From Dimorphilus gyrociliatus (taxonomy: Eukaryota; Animalia; Annelida), in contig CAJFCJ010000017.1 in the NCBI GenBank assembly GCA_904063045.1, positions 496,001-560,000 of the forward strand: 64,000 nucleotides of DNA, in the 5' to 3' direction. Below, in pieces: positions 28,521 through 40,592 of the stretch (position 1 is the first letter of the stretch; each line of letters starts with the position of its first letter). The translations under genes were made by a program, and so were the position numbers. The notes beneath the pieces were generated by a model. The model searched no databases. It worked only from the letters and a program-made list of their open reading frames with translations, and was not told the origin of the DNA.

Positions 28521-28576
28521 AGAAATTCCCTTTACAACAATGATGAGTCATGGGGAGTTTTTCCCAAGTATAAATA
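28521..28576 (+). promoter_or_regulatory. Putative inducible core promoter: kB-like site, AP-1 site, second kB-like site, TATA box
   Basis: AGAAATTCCC at 28521 (GGGAATTTCT on the minus strand), TGAGTCA at 28544, GGGGAGTTTTTCCC at 28552 and TATAAATA at 28569, about 250 nt upstream of the ATG at 28821. Motif match only. Confidence 0.45.
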
Positions 28577-28820
28577 GCTGTTTGCGTTCTCCCCCCTTTA
28601 TCATAATATTTAATTTTGAAACTCTGATTTAAAGAGAAAAGGTTTGTTAATTACTTGTTTAGTTTTAATAAAATATTATTAACTATTAAAGCTTGTAGGT
28701 TATCTGTATAAATTTCATTATTAACAAACATCAGCAACTTGTTCCTTAATAATTACTTTTTCGTGCAGATCAATAATTCGTTTGATAAGATCATGATTGT
28801 TTTTCAGACGGGGTAACGAG

Positions 28821-29585
28821 ATGAATAATGTACAGGCTTTAGCAAAGGCTGGAGCTATTGGGATATGCTCCATTATAACTTGCTGCTTTGGATTTTTCTT
28901 CATTATACCTGGTATAGCGTTAACGGCTTCTTCGAATGACGAACATTTTGACAGTGATTTTTTTGAGGAAAGCAACAGAGGAATGAGAGTTGCCGGGGGT
29001 GTCCTTCTAGCTCTTGGTATTTTATGCGCTATTGTTGGAGTAACTATGTGCTGTTTTGCATGTAAAGCTATTAAATCTAAACAAGCGCAACCCGGAGTTA
29101 TCATTACCCAAGTGAGTCATCGTGTTTCAATAGATATTATTGTTATGTCTTTAAAAGTTTTTAATAAAGTTGTGATCCTGCTGTGTATCTACCTAAATGT
29201 ATAGATATATTCAACTAGCAATCTCTCTGTTATCTGTATGCATCTTATATATTAACTGTGTCATTTTGTAGATCAACCATCCGTTATCTTTTTCTAATTG
29301 ATAAAACAGAACAGATGAATAATTTGTTCTTTTTTTCAGGGACCAACTATAAGCGGACAAGGTCCCCAAGGTCCTGTATATACTCAACAACAGTATGCCC
29401 AATATCATTATGGGCAACCTGGATTACCACCTCAGCAGTATGGTGAACAGATACCTCCACAAAGTATGCCCCCTCCATCAGGCGTACCTCCCCATCCTGG
29501 TATGCCTCCTCAACCAAACAACTATTCCAATCCCTATCAGCAACCTCCACCATTTAATCCGGAATACAACAATCAGCCAGTGTAA
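28821..29585 (+). CDS. Small 2-TM protein with Cys-rich juxtamembrane segments and a Pro/Gln/Tyr-rich tail (~178 aa); member 1 of the hairpin-TM family
   Basis: Exons 28821-29111 (two hydrophobic helices, ends QPGVIITQ) and 29340-29585 (GPTISGQ...PYQQPPPFNPEYNNQPV*). Phase-0 GT-AG intron. Confidence 0.85.
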
Positions 29586-31027
29586 ATATAAGAACATATT
29601 GCAGTTTCCAACAAAATGTCGATATTTAACAATATTTTTTTTATTACCAACATAGGGGTCAACCACCTCAGTACAACGACATTATGAAGCAGTGAAAAGT
29701 TGATGTGAAATAATAATATCAACAATTTAATAATTTTTACTCTCCATTGCAGTATATAAGAATTGGCCCTCTCTCTCACTCTTCCCTCTTAACACGTGTT
29801 ATCCAATAGCCTCAACAGCTTACGTATATTTGTAATATTAAAAAAAAGACTAGTATGCAGTGTTTTAATTAGAAAATTTTAAGTAATCTGGTTTAGTCGC
29901 TTTGAATTATCTGGCTTCGTTTGTTTAATAACTTCAGCTTTGAAAGCAAGAAGGGCAAAAAAAAAAAACTAAAAAATTCACTATTCACTATTTTATTATT
30001 AATTTATTACGTAAGAAATTATAAAGTGAAATATTTTTAGAAAGATAAACTACTTGATATTTTATTGGAAGGTAACAGAATGATTTATTTATTCATTTAC
30101 TTATATTCTATTTTTTATAAGACTTTTGCTTCTCATAATGAAAAAGAGAACAAAAATTGTTTTTGTTCCTGTCAATGCTTTTTTCATATATATTGATAAC
30201 TATGCTTTTTATATGTGTATGTATATATATATATATATATATTAATATTGAAACATTACAGTTTTAACATGAAGAAAGAATATATCTTTAGTGATAAAAA
30301 TGGATTTTGTAGTTTGGAATAGGTAAAAAAAAAAAGTAAATTGATAATACTTCACCACACATTATGAACTATTACTTCTACGTTGTATGAAAATAGGAGA
30401 CTTTCAACCTTTCATCGCTGCTCCGCATCATCAAATAAACGTTTGCATCTCTTAATAATTGTTATCTGTATGTACTGATAATTTTATATCAAGGTTACCT
30501 GTACTATAGCCACTATCGAGAACAATACTTTATACCGACATGGAAATAGTGATAAACCGCTTTTTTGCGTAAAATCTCAAAGTGCATTTACCGCTCTACT
30601 TAAAAGCACGCAAGTTTATCTTATGAATACTAAATATAGTCAAGGACATTTACGGCTAAGCATTGGGTAGTTTATAATAAAACTTTATTACTAAATAATA
30701 ATACTATTTCTCATGCAATACGAGAAAGGTTTCAAGAGAAATTGAGCCGGATAAATATTTATACTGATAAGCTATTATGAAAACTGTATCAGTTCCAATA
30801 CAACAAATCAGACATTAAATGGAATTTAGAGTAATCAGCAGAAATATAAGATAATTCACTTAAGGAAAACGTCTGTACATACATATATCATGTTATATAC
30901 TGTAAAGAAGTATATACATGTATACGTATACAATTGATATATGAAAAGAAAAAAAGTCTTTCTCTCTTTAGCTAATTTAAAGAACTACTTTCTTTCTAAA
31001 AGAAGAAGAGGTTTTGTAGTCTATTAA

Positions 31028-33187
31028 TTACAATTGAGCTTTTTGAAGAAGACTACGCATATCTCCCATTGCCTCAATGAGAACGTCGGCAAACTTCTTT
31101 GAGTCAGTTGATTCGCATGTTCTCCATGAAGTTATGTTGAAATTAAGCAAATGCTCTCCAATGACAATATACAAGATACCATAGCCATCATGGCTGGCTG
31201 GTCCAAAACCACCGCCCATAGTCTCTTCTATCAGAGGCAAACCCAATGTTCCGATTACGGTCGGGGTTTGTGATGTACTCAAGTTCATAGGTAACTTATA
31301 AGCTTCATTTCTAAAGACTAGAGGCGTATCTCTTCCTAGCTCCCTAGCGGCCAAGAGAAGGCCGAGCATATGCCTGTCAGAACCATATCCTAAGGTACTT
31401 TCAATATTCTTCTTCTTTTGTAAATCTATAGCCTTAACTAAAGCTTGCTTCTTTTCTTTCGCTGTCATCGACTGGTCGTCCATCTTTCTGACAAAATCAA
31501 CCGACAGTTCGGTTACAGGATTAATATTTTCAGTACGTCCGAGTAAAAATAATCTTGTTGAGGCAGGTTCATAAGTCTTTGCTAATTGGCCGTTCATTCT
31601 ATAATATGCCAATTGAATGGCCATTTGAACGAAAGCATCTGGACTGTAGCCCAACTTCTTTATCTCTCCCTTTCCAATAGGGCAGTGCAAGCTAAATACA
31701 TCCATATTGTCGCCCATCGTCATCAAATGATTATAAGCGTAAGTTATGTCACTTTCCATATAGTCCAAATTCCATTCGAGAGGTTTAGGGGGCGGGAGAG
31801 TTCTTGGTTCAGGTTCGCCAAGTGTCAAAACGTCCCCGTCGGGTGAGTATCTTTCGTAAATCAAAACTCTCTCCCAAAGAAGAACGTAATGAGTTGCGTC
31901 AGCTCCTGTATGTTCCATATTTGCTCCACCTTGAATAGAGTGACCAAAACCACCAACAGTTATGCCCTTATCAAACCATCTATGATAGCCATCTCCGCAT
32001 AAAGCAGCATGAGACTGATCAGAAATATTATCGAAACGTTTATGATCGCTCAAAAACACCATAAACAGGGAAGATTCAATTTCTTCTAGAGTAGCAGCGT
32101 TTTTTTCTTGTAATTTTATTCGTCGACTTGCCCATTCACTTCTCGGCAAGCCTGTCAGAGAAGCAACAGGCTTAATATCTTCTAGATAGTTATTATCTTT
32201 TGCAGCTTCTTCAATTATGTCCAATTGTTTCCTTAATTCAAGTTTGGTCAAACTTCTCAGCTTTCCAGTCTTCTTATCTGGGGCGTATAAATCAAGTCTG
32301 TAATACTGCCCATAAGCAATAACGACACAATGTTTAGCATCTTTGTTCTTAACAAGGGTATCAATTTCAGGTCCTGGAATTCGACAAGTACCGAACATGT
32401 AATAAGCACCATCCATACATACTGGAATTACACCCATAATAATATCCGGCTGTAAACGATTCTGCTCTATTAATTCCGCATACTTGACGACGGTGTGAAG
32501 AACCGTTGCTATGCGAGCATTCGGTTTACATTTAATTTCTGGTTTTAGGGTTCCGGTCATAAAGAAATTGACGTTAATTGCGATTGGGTCTCGATTCTGG
32601 AGATAGTTATAATCAATCCACCACTTGGATAACCAATTATCCTCTTCTTTTATTTTCTTTTCAAGAAACTTTTGCAATATCTTCCCTTCTCCATCACGAA
32701 ATTGTTCTACCAATTTCTTCGTTTCTTCATATTCTGCCGCCGAAACCAAAGGCTTAACCGTCATTAAATATTTCTGACATGTATCTTCAAGCTCTGGAAG
32801 AGGAAGTCTAGGTAGCACTGACTGTAAGTCAAAAGTTCCATAGTTATTCGGTCCAAGAAGAGCTTTAACAGTTAAACCCCATAATTTAGTTTTGAAAGAC
32901 TTAGGTTGCCGAATCCAATTCTGATAACCGTATAGATATCTAAGGATTTTCCAACGAACTCCATCCAGAGATAGCGCTGAACTATATCCGGCTGAAAAGC
33001 CTAGTAAAGTTGTAATAATATAAATGATAAATTTTGGTACATCATTATAGCCCAAATCTTGAAAAATCTTCTCTACAAACTCTATTCCATAATGGCTAGC
33101 CACGGCCGAACCAACAACTCCAATGGAATTCTTATTAAAGACATTGGAAAGAATTTGGTTGGATAAAGATAATTTAGGTGCCTCCAT
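31028..33187 (-). CDS. Carnitine O-palmitoyltransferase 1-like acyltransferase, single exon (719 aa)
   Basis: Motifs LPRLPLPELEDT, NWLSKWW, RWFDKG, catalytic EHTGAD (HxxxD), DAFVQMAIQLAYY, STSQT and GGGFGP..DGYGI.Y. N-terminal hydrophobic segments resemble CPT1. The ORF is uninterrupted. Confidence 0.9.
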   Translation of the reverse strand: MEAPKLSLSNQILSNVFNKNSIGVVGSAVASHYGIEFVEKIFQDLGYNDVPKFIIYIITTLLGFSAGYSSALSLDGVRWKILRYLYGYQNWIRQPKSFKTKLWGLTVKALLGPNNYGTFDLQSVLPRLPLPELEDTCQKYLMTVKPLVSAAEYEETKKLVEQFRDGEGKILQKFLEKKIKEEDNWLSKWWIDYNYLQNRDPIAINVNFFMTGTLKPEIKCKPNARIATVLHTVVKYAELIEQNRLQPDIIMGVIPVCMDGAYYMFGTCRIPGPEIDTLVKNKDAKHCVVIAYGQYYRLDLYAPDKKTGKLRSLTKLELRKQLDIIEEAAKDNNYLEDIKPVASLTGLPRSEWASRRIKLQEKNAATLEEIESSLFMVFLSDHKRFDNISDQSHAALCGDGYHRWFDKGITVGGFGHSIQGGANMEHTGADATHYVLLWERVLIYERYSPDGDVLTLGEPEPRTLPPPKPLEWNLDYMESDITYAYNHLMTMGDNMDVFSLHCPIGKGEIKKLGYSPDAFVQMAIQLAYYRMNGQLAKTYEPASTRLFLLGRTENINPVTELSVDFVRKMDDQSMTAKEKKQALVKAIDLQKKKNIESTLGYGSDRHMLGLLLAARELGRDTPLVFRNEAYKLPMNLSTSQTPTVIGTLGLPLIEETMGGGFGPASHDGYGILYIVIGEHLLNFNITSWRTCESTDSKKFADVLIEAMGDMRSLLQKAQL

Positions 33188-33753
33188 GACAGTTTCTTCA
33201 AGAGTGAATGTTAAAAGTAAAAAGTAGCGATGTGAGATAGCAATTTAAGATAAAAGAATTTTAATTTACAAATGCTCATTGGTCATCTTTAAAAAAAAAT
33301 TTTTCGCCAACAATATGCATACGTTAAATTCCAAAGATGAAACAGATAAGAGGCTAGTTCGAAGATCGAGTAGATTATCCATTTAGACTCTTGTCTAATA
33401 AGAGGACAAACCACTCTTGTAATTAATTTCTCCTATAAATCTCACTATGGAATTTATTCAGAAAGAAATAAACAAGAAATAGATTTGCCAGAGACTACTT
33501 CCGTCGTCTGCATATCAATAGGGGTATATTTAACATTTTATAGCCAACTTAAAATGCAAATGAGTTGCGAATCGTACTTTATCGCAAAAAGTTTATAAAT
33601 AAAACAATCTAACAATATGCGTCCGATCCTTCTAGGTCAATGAGAAATGATGAAGGCCTTAATCGCGTATTTTTATGCGCGAGAAGCGTACGGCTCACCT
33701 TGTTACGACAATGTGCGCTTTAGCCAATCTGATTCTCACTAATTTCTATATTT

Positions 33754-34456
33754 TTATTCAATAAGGAATTTTATACTAGATAATTCATTCACTCCAGCTT
33801 CGATCCTATCTCCGGCACTGACAGGACCAACTCCAGACGGGGTTCCAGTCAAAATTAAGTCTCCTTCTTCCAAAGTGAAATAACCACTAACAAATGATAT
33901 TAGCTTACTCGGAGAGAAAATCATACAATCCGTCTGACCATCCTGCTTCATAACGTCATTTACCTTTAGCCATAAACGAACGTCCTCAGGATTGCGTATC
34001 ATTTCCTTGGGTAGAAAGTCTCCAACTGGACAGGAAGTATCGAAACTTTTTGCTAAACTCCATGGCAAACCTTTTTTCTTTAAAGCTGTCTGCTTATCGC
34101 GATCAGTCATATCAAGCGCAACGCAATAACCAGCAACATGTTCCATTGCATTTTCTTCCGTTATATTTGATCCATTCTTTCCGATAACGAGGCCTAACTC
34201 GACTTCGTGATGAAGTTCATTTGTATTCGGAGGTAATCTTATTTTATTCGGCTCGCGAACGTAGGCTGTAGAAGGTTTCAAAAATATAATGGGATCATCA
34301 GGAACTTCGTTGCCTAGTTCTTTAGCGTGAGCTCTTTTGATAAAAAAAAGGAATGATACTTTGCATTAGTATACTTCAAAACCTATACTACCTAAAATTA
34401 CGGCCAACGCATATTATTTTCCTCCCAAATTCCCAAAATCTAGAATATTTTGACAT
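33754..34456 (-). CDS. FAHD1: Fumarylacetoacetate hydrolase domain protein 1 (acylpyruvase/oxaloacetate decarboxylase, ~214 aa)
   Basis: Exons 34456-34392 (MSKYSRFWEFGRKIICVGRNF) and 34333-33754 (HHEVELG, KGLPWSLAKSFDT, GDLILTGTPSGVG). Confidence 0.93.
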
Positions 34457-34704
34457 ATTTTATAAACTTTTTAAGACCGGTAGTTGAACTATACTCCCAA
34501 TAAGACAATTACAAAAATTAAACGAAAAATTTAAACAACTTATGATTATATAATTGAATTTAATAGGTAGCCATTTTTTATTTCTACCTTCATTTCTACA
34601 TCGTATAGTTGTTTACGACATTGAGTTTGCGCATATTCCGGTTCCGGTTTTGTAAATCGAAACATGAGTACTTTATCTTGAATTATAGTTTGTTAATTTA
34701 CGAA

Positions 34705-36171
34705 ATGGATAGGGTTGTATTTTTAAAAACACTTCTAATATGCTCATCAGCATATATGAATGCTTTGTGCTTTGGCTTTGTGATAGGATATACATCCCCT
34801 TCACTGCCAAAAATGAGAGGTGATAAATCGCTTGAACCAAAAGAAGACTTTCTCTCTCTTTTCTCATCTATTATGACTTTGGGTGGAGTATTGGGAAGTT
34901 TACTCTCCGGATTTGTTTTAGAGAAATTTGGTCGTAAACTTGCAATAAGATTTTCATATTTACCTTTCGTTCTTGGGTGGTTTGCAATCACGTCTGGAAA
35001 TAGTTCAAATGTACTGCTCCTTGGTAGACTACTTTGCGGTATAGGGAGTGGTTTATCTGTAGTTGTTAATCCAGTATACTTGACAGAAATTGCACCAACG
35101 AAATTCCGTGGTATGCTTTTGTCCATGTTTCAACTCATTATTACAATTGGTATACTATTTGTATACGTTTGTGGACTATCAAACGATTGGAGAAGTTTAG
35201 CTTTCATTAGCATTATTCCAGCCGTATTGGGATTCTTCCTTTCCTATTTTGCTATTGAATCACCAACCTATTGTATTTTGAAGGGAAGGGATGAAGAGGC
35301 CTTATTTATATTAAGACAACTTAGAGGAAATAGTTCAGACGTTCTCAAAGAACAAGAAGAAATCAAAAGATCGTTCAATTATAACTACGGTATCTCTTGG
35401 AGATCCATTCTGAGTACTAGGAAATATTTAAATGGTCTAAAAATTGCTGTGGGTTTGAATATTTTTCAACAACTTGTCGGTGAGTTTAAATACTTTATCT
35501 CCATACGAAATAAATTGTAAATAACCTCGATAATCAAATCTCCAGGTATAAATGCCGTCATGTTCTATTCTGAAGAAATTATGAATCGTGCAGGTATATC
35601 GAATGGAGGAAATTCAGCCGTAGCTATTGCTTTTATTCAAGTTAGAATGTTTTTTATTTCAGTATGATTAAAACTAATTCAATTATAAATGAATTCATAG
35701 GTTCTAGCCACAACGATTTCCCTACCTCTAATTGAACAGGCCGGAAGAAGAAATCTCTTATTATTTGCCAGTGGTGGAATGGCTCTTGCTTGTATAGCTC
35801 TTAGTTCTTGTTTACAAACTAACATAAGGAGGCAATCAGACGATACTAGTGGTGTTATAGCATTGATTTCTTTAATGCTTTATGTTATTGGATTCAGTAT
35901 CGGCTGGGGCCCGGTTCCCAGCTGCCTAACAAACGAAGTTTTACCGAATAGCGTTAGATCGAAGACAAGCAGTTTGGCATTGTTAATAAACTGGTTTTGT
36001 TCATTTCTAGTTACCATGTTATTTTCACCAAGCGTGGAAATGTTTGGAATAGATGGTGTCTTTCTCATATTTACCGCAATATGTGGTCTATCTTCAGTCT
36101 TTGTATATTATATTGTACCGGAAACGAAAGGAAGAACATTGGAAAATATACAAATTGATTTAGAAGTTTAA
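34705..36171 (+). CDS. MFS sugar porter, SLC2A6/8 (GLUT8)/Tret1-like (~446 aa)
   Basis: Exons 34705-35479, 35546-35640, 35701-36171. Motifs GRK, VYLTEIAP..RG, IESP, QQLVGINAVMFY, GRR, GWGPVP, VPETKGRTLE. Confidence 0.92.
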
Positions 36172-36342
36172 ATAAGCGACAAAGGAATTTATGTTTGAGA
36201 ACTTTTTAAAAGTTTTTATTAACTTTGGTTAGTTGTACTACTGTTGAATAATCGATTATGGTATTTAACATATTTTGTTTCTAAGTTGTTTACTCGGTTC
36301 ATTTAGTCTCTAGCTTTAATTGTTACCATTACTCTTCTATAA

Positions 36343-36345
<3 letters not shown>

Positions 36346-36378
<33 letters not shown>
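36346..36378. repeat. (CT)n microsatellite
   Basis: Directly visible; many similar (AG)n/(CT)n tracts occur across the window. Confidence 0.95.
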
Positions 36379-36381
<3 letters not shown>

Positions 36382-37100
36382 TGGCTCCTTCCGTACATGA
36401 ACGGTATATATACATATACATTAGTTTACATAAATTTATATATATACATAATTAGACAATGAATGCCAAACTTTTAAAAAAATAGTAACAATATGATATT
36501 TATTCTATTGTGTATAATGATTTATTTGATCAAAAGACTTTCAAGCCAAAAGCGTAGTATTTGCTCTTTAAAGAGTTTGATCATTTTTTTAATTTTCTCA
36601 CCTGCTAAGATGAGAGACAAAAACACGCAAAAACGAAAGATGTATTATATATAATCTATCTTTTTATACGAAAGTTGTGCACTCTATAGAATTGTAATTT
36701 TTTCGTTTTACTATTAAAGATAGCACTTACACTCCTTGTCCATACTTCTTTTTGAAAAGAACGAAACAGTATTGTTTTATCCACCTATTACCCTGTATTT
36801 GACCTTGATTTAACTTTGTCCCTACTTTCTCTTAACCTGGAACGCAGGTATATTGATTACCCGCAAATAATTTATTCAGCCTTATGTATTTTTCCCGCAA
36901 TTCACTATGGTTTATGTAATGGTATAGGCCATTTTTGGAGTTTTACTTGCAACTTTTTGCAACAACGTGGTGACTCATAAACAAAATCAATACTATTCTC
37001 AGGAAGGGGAATTGTTAGTAACACACGCAATGAAAATACCTTCAAACCTAGATTATTAAACGGTCTGAGCGAGAGTTATAGCGAAATATTCAGGAACAAG

Positions 37101-37884
37101 ATGGCATCCGAGAGAAAATGCTCACCTAAAAAATGGCTAACAATTACTGGACTATTGTTTTTTATAACATTTATTTTAATGATTGTAATTGCTACTTCGT
37201 TTATTTTGAGAAGCAATCGATCATCAAGCAAGAAGGAAACTGAACATGACGTAGCCGAAAGTCAAGAGAAGTCAAGAAAGATTGCAACAGTCTTATTTAT
37301 AACTGGAAGTTTATTTTTTGTTCTATCCGTTAAATTTTGTTGTTTTTCAAATATGAGATTTAAAAATGCTCGATCATCGAACAATCGAACAATTGTTAGG
37401 GTTAGACAGGTTTGTTAGAATTTTACCATTGTTATTATTCTATTAATTATTTATTTTTTATTAGACATTCACAACACAAAGTTCTTGCGCAACTCTAAAT
37501 TGTAATAACCTTCCACAATCAACGATTCCAACGGTAGGATTAGACAATCCTAGTTTTAATCTTAATATATACCCAAGTGCTGTTCATAGTTCCATCCCAA
37601 GGTTTGAATAAAATAAATAAACTACTAGTCCTACTTTTGTAGCTAGTATTCTAACAGTAAATATAAATATTCTATTTTCCTGCAGTGCATCATTGCCTAA
37701 ATACGAAGAGATATGTTCACAATTTCATATTCAATATAAATTAGACAACGAACAAAGCACATCTGACACAAGACCAAGGTAAGTTTAGAATAAGATATAC
37801 TAATATACTGTATAATAGTTAATTAAAAACATCCTCTTTTTTAGAACACCTCCACCATCATACGAAGAGATCAATCATTGTTGA
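37101..37884 (+). CDS. 2-TM hairpin protein with LPKY and PPSY motifs (~192 aa); family member 2
   Basis: Exons 37101-37409, 37465-37601, 37686-37778 (LPKYEEI), 37845-37884 (TPPPSYEEINHC*). All GT-AG, 579 nt in frame. Confidence 0.8.
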
Positions 37885-39079
37885 AAGATATATTTGTTCT
37901 CATTATTAAGGTTCTTCTGCGTACAAACTCACAAACTTATGTATATAGAGTATACTCTTTAAATTTATCATAATTTATACAAGACGAAGGAGAGAGAGGA
38001 TTTAAAGGATAAGGCGAATAGTGGGTGACGAATTATATTATTAATAAAAAACCTAGTATCTCCAGCTTAAGAAGTTGTTATAAATTTCAAATTTCTATGT
38101 GGAAAGAAAATGATATCCAGAAAAAGAGAAGAATTATAATCCAAATGTTGGCTATATGTATCTTTCCCAATCTTCTTTTAGTTAAATTTCATTAATATAA
38201 GAGTTCTATCTTCTTTTTCTACTCTGGGAAGTATAATAAAAAAAAATGGAAAGAGAGACAATCTATTCACAAGTGAAAGACTATAGAATATAATATTTTA
38301 CTAAAAAGCTTTGACTACCACTTTCGTTGATTACTTTTTCAATTATGAAAAAGGATAAGTAACCAATAAGTAATAATCTGTTGAAAGAGGAAAACTTTAA
38401 CTTTTTTCCTATTAATAAAGTTATTAATAAAGCTATATATTAATTAATTTAATTATTAAATTCTTTCATTGATTCATAAATACAACTATGAGAAGAATAT
38501 GTTTTATTAATTATTAAAGTATTCAATACTATAAAATTCTACCTTTTTCAATCATTTAATGAGATTTTTATTGTACAGGAGTCATGTTACATCACTTCAT
38601 ATAATAATTATATTTTAATTTATAGATGAAAACTAGGTTGGTAACATTCTTTTTATAGCATTCTTATAGTTAGAATCGTTTAGCCGCTTATAGGATTAAT
38701 CCAGTACTATTAACCTTATCAGTAAATTCTATTCTGAATTATATCAACTTCTTAGTAAAGTATATATAATCTTTTAAAATACACTATAAATGATCAACTG
38801 TAGTAACTTTGACAGAATTTCACATAAAAATTTTAGTCTGGGTCTCAGGCTAAAAGTTAAGGTCCGCACCAAAAAGTTACATATTCACTTGAAAATAATC
38901 CTAAGAATATACGCCTAATACCTTTGTCGAAGAACATTACTATTAACCTGAAAGAAATACGTTTTACCCATTCTTTTGAGGAGTAACCTACGGGAAAGGC
39001 TACTTAATTCTTAACTGACGTACTGAAGACATATAAGCGATATATATATATCCAGCCTATAAATACATATCTACCTGTT

Positions 39080-39523
39080 ATGAAGCTCTCAAAAGAAATA
39101 AAATGGATAATATTTTTCGTTGTTTTATTTGCAATAAGCGTTTCTGCGATAATAGTTGGATCATTAGTTGATTTAAGAGCTATGGAAATTACTTTCTTAA
39201 TATTTGGTAGCATTTTCTTATTTCTCTCTATTTTTTGGATTTTATACTTGGGTAGAGAAATATTAATTAACAAAAACAAGAATCTGAATCAGCCTGGCGT
39301 TATTATTACTCTTGTAAGACTATATTTTATATTGCAATAGATAATTTTTTTAAAATGTTTAATTATTTAATTTGCTTATTATCTTACCCAGGGACCATCA
39401 ACAAGCGGTCAAGTATATTCACCATCTGTAAACAACACTATTCCAGATGCTGAGAAACATTCATCTTCAAATAGTTTGGAAAAGGAAGAACCTCCGAGTT
39501 ATTCAGACGTTATGAAAATATGA
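39080..39523 (+). CDS. 2-TM hairpin protein with C-terminal PPSY (~121 aa); family member 3
   Basis: Exons 39080-39313 (ends NQPGVIITL) and 39392-39523 (GPSTSGQ...EPPSYSDVMKI*). Confidence 0.85.
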
Positions 39524-40015
39524 ATTACATCAAAAGCAACTACATATACAAAATACATATTCTTGTTCTTGTAAAAAAATTGACTAAAAACTTAAAAATA
39601 AAATTGGGAATGAATGAGTCAGGCTATTCCTTTCTTCTTTCTACTTTACATGTAGGCCCAACGAAAAAGAAAGTAGAAATATTTTTTTATATGCATATAA
39701 TATATATTACGCAATGTTCCAAATACAATTATATCAATTTATAACTTAATCGATACTTTATTTTCTGAATAAATTAAATGCTAAAGAACTATTAGCATTA
39801 TTAGAAAAATGAAAATAAAGGCAACATTTTTTAATTCATCAAAAACATATAGTTGACCTTTAGAAAATGGTTTCTTTTTACACTTTTTAAATTTATTAGA
39901 AAATTTTTTAGCCTTGTCACTTTTCAAGTTTTTTATGACCCGGATTTTAAAAAATTTACATTCAAATCGTTTTCAGTATCTATGTGAAATTGTAGATAAA
40001 ATGTTAACAGTTTAA

Positions 40016-40592
40016 ATGTTTTCTTCAATTTCGGAAAGGATAGGAGGTGCTATTGCCATATTAGGAATTATTTCAGCTGGTCCAGCTGCGTATTTTTTAT
40101 ACAAAAAAAATTACGCAGTTGGTGTACCTTTTGCAGTTGTTTGCCTATTATGTTTTGTAATAGTATCTTACCTATATAAGGAGGGCTCATTAAAAGGAAC
40201 GTCTCCTGAAGATGATAATCATGAAAATGGAAGACAAAGAGTATATTTCTTTTCTCTTCTTTCTCTTCAGTTTAGTAAGCAGGGAATTATGATTAAATAT
40301 TTTTATTACATTTCAGATAAGCAATGAACAGACTAATCAAGGAAATGATACATGCGCAGGGCAGAATCAGCAGCAAAGCTCTACTCCTCCTTACGTCAGA
40401 AGAGAACCTCCTAAACCACCTAATTACAACAGCAAAAGGGAATCTTGTGAGACCCCTATAAATATCTCGGATAATGTAGAGAGTCCCCTTGAACCGACAG
40501 CTCCAATTCCAGAAAGTGAAGAAGAGAAAGCTACTAATTCAAATAAACCACCATATGAAGCTCCCCCTCCCTACGCTCCAAGTCATTTATGA
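40016..40592 (+). CDS. 2-TM hairpin protein with PPNY, PTAP and PPPY motifs (~166 aa); family member 4
   Basis: Exons 40016-40240 and 40317-40592 (...KPPNYNS...LEPTAPIPE...PPYEAPPPYAPSHL*). Phase-0 GT-AG intron. Confidence 0.82.

Noticed and set aside
28721-29666. Several minus-strand ORFs over the 28821 gene
   Set aside because: Antisense shadows of real coding exons; the same applies to 34698-35126, 35880-36068 and 46844-47173.
31028-33187. Bacterial horizontal transfer as the reason the acyltransferase lacks introns
   Set aside because: The protein has animal CPT1-type membrane segments and motifs; retroposition or intron loss is simpler.
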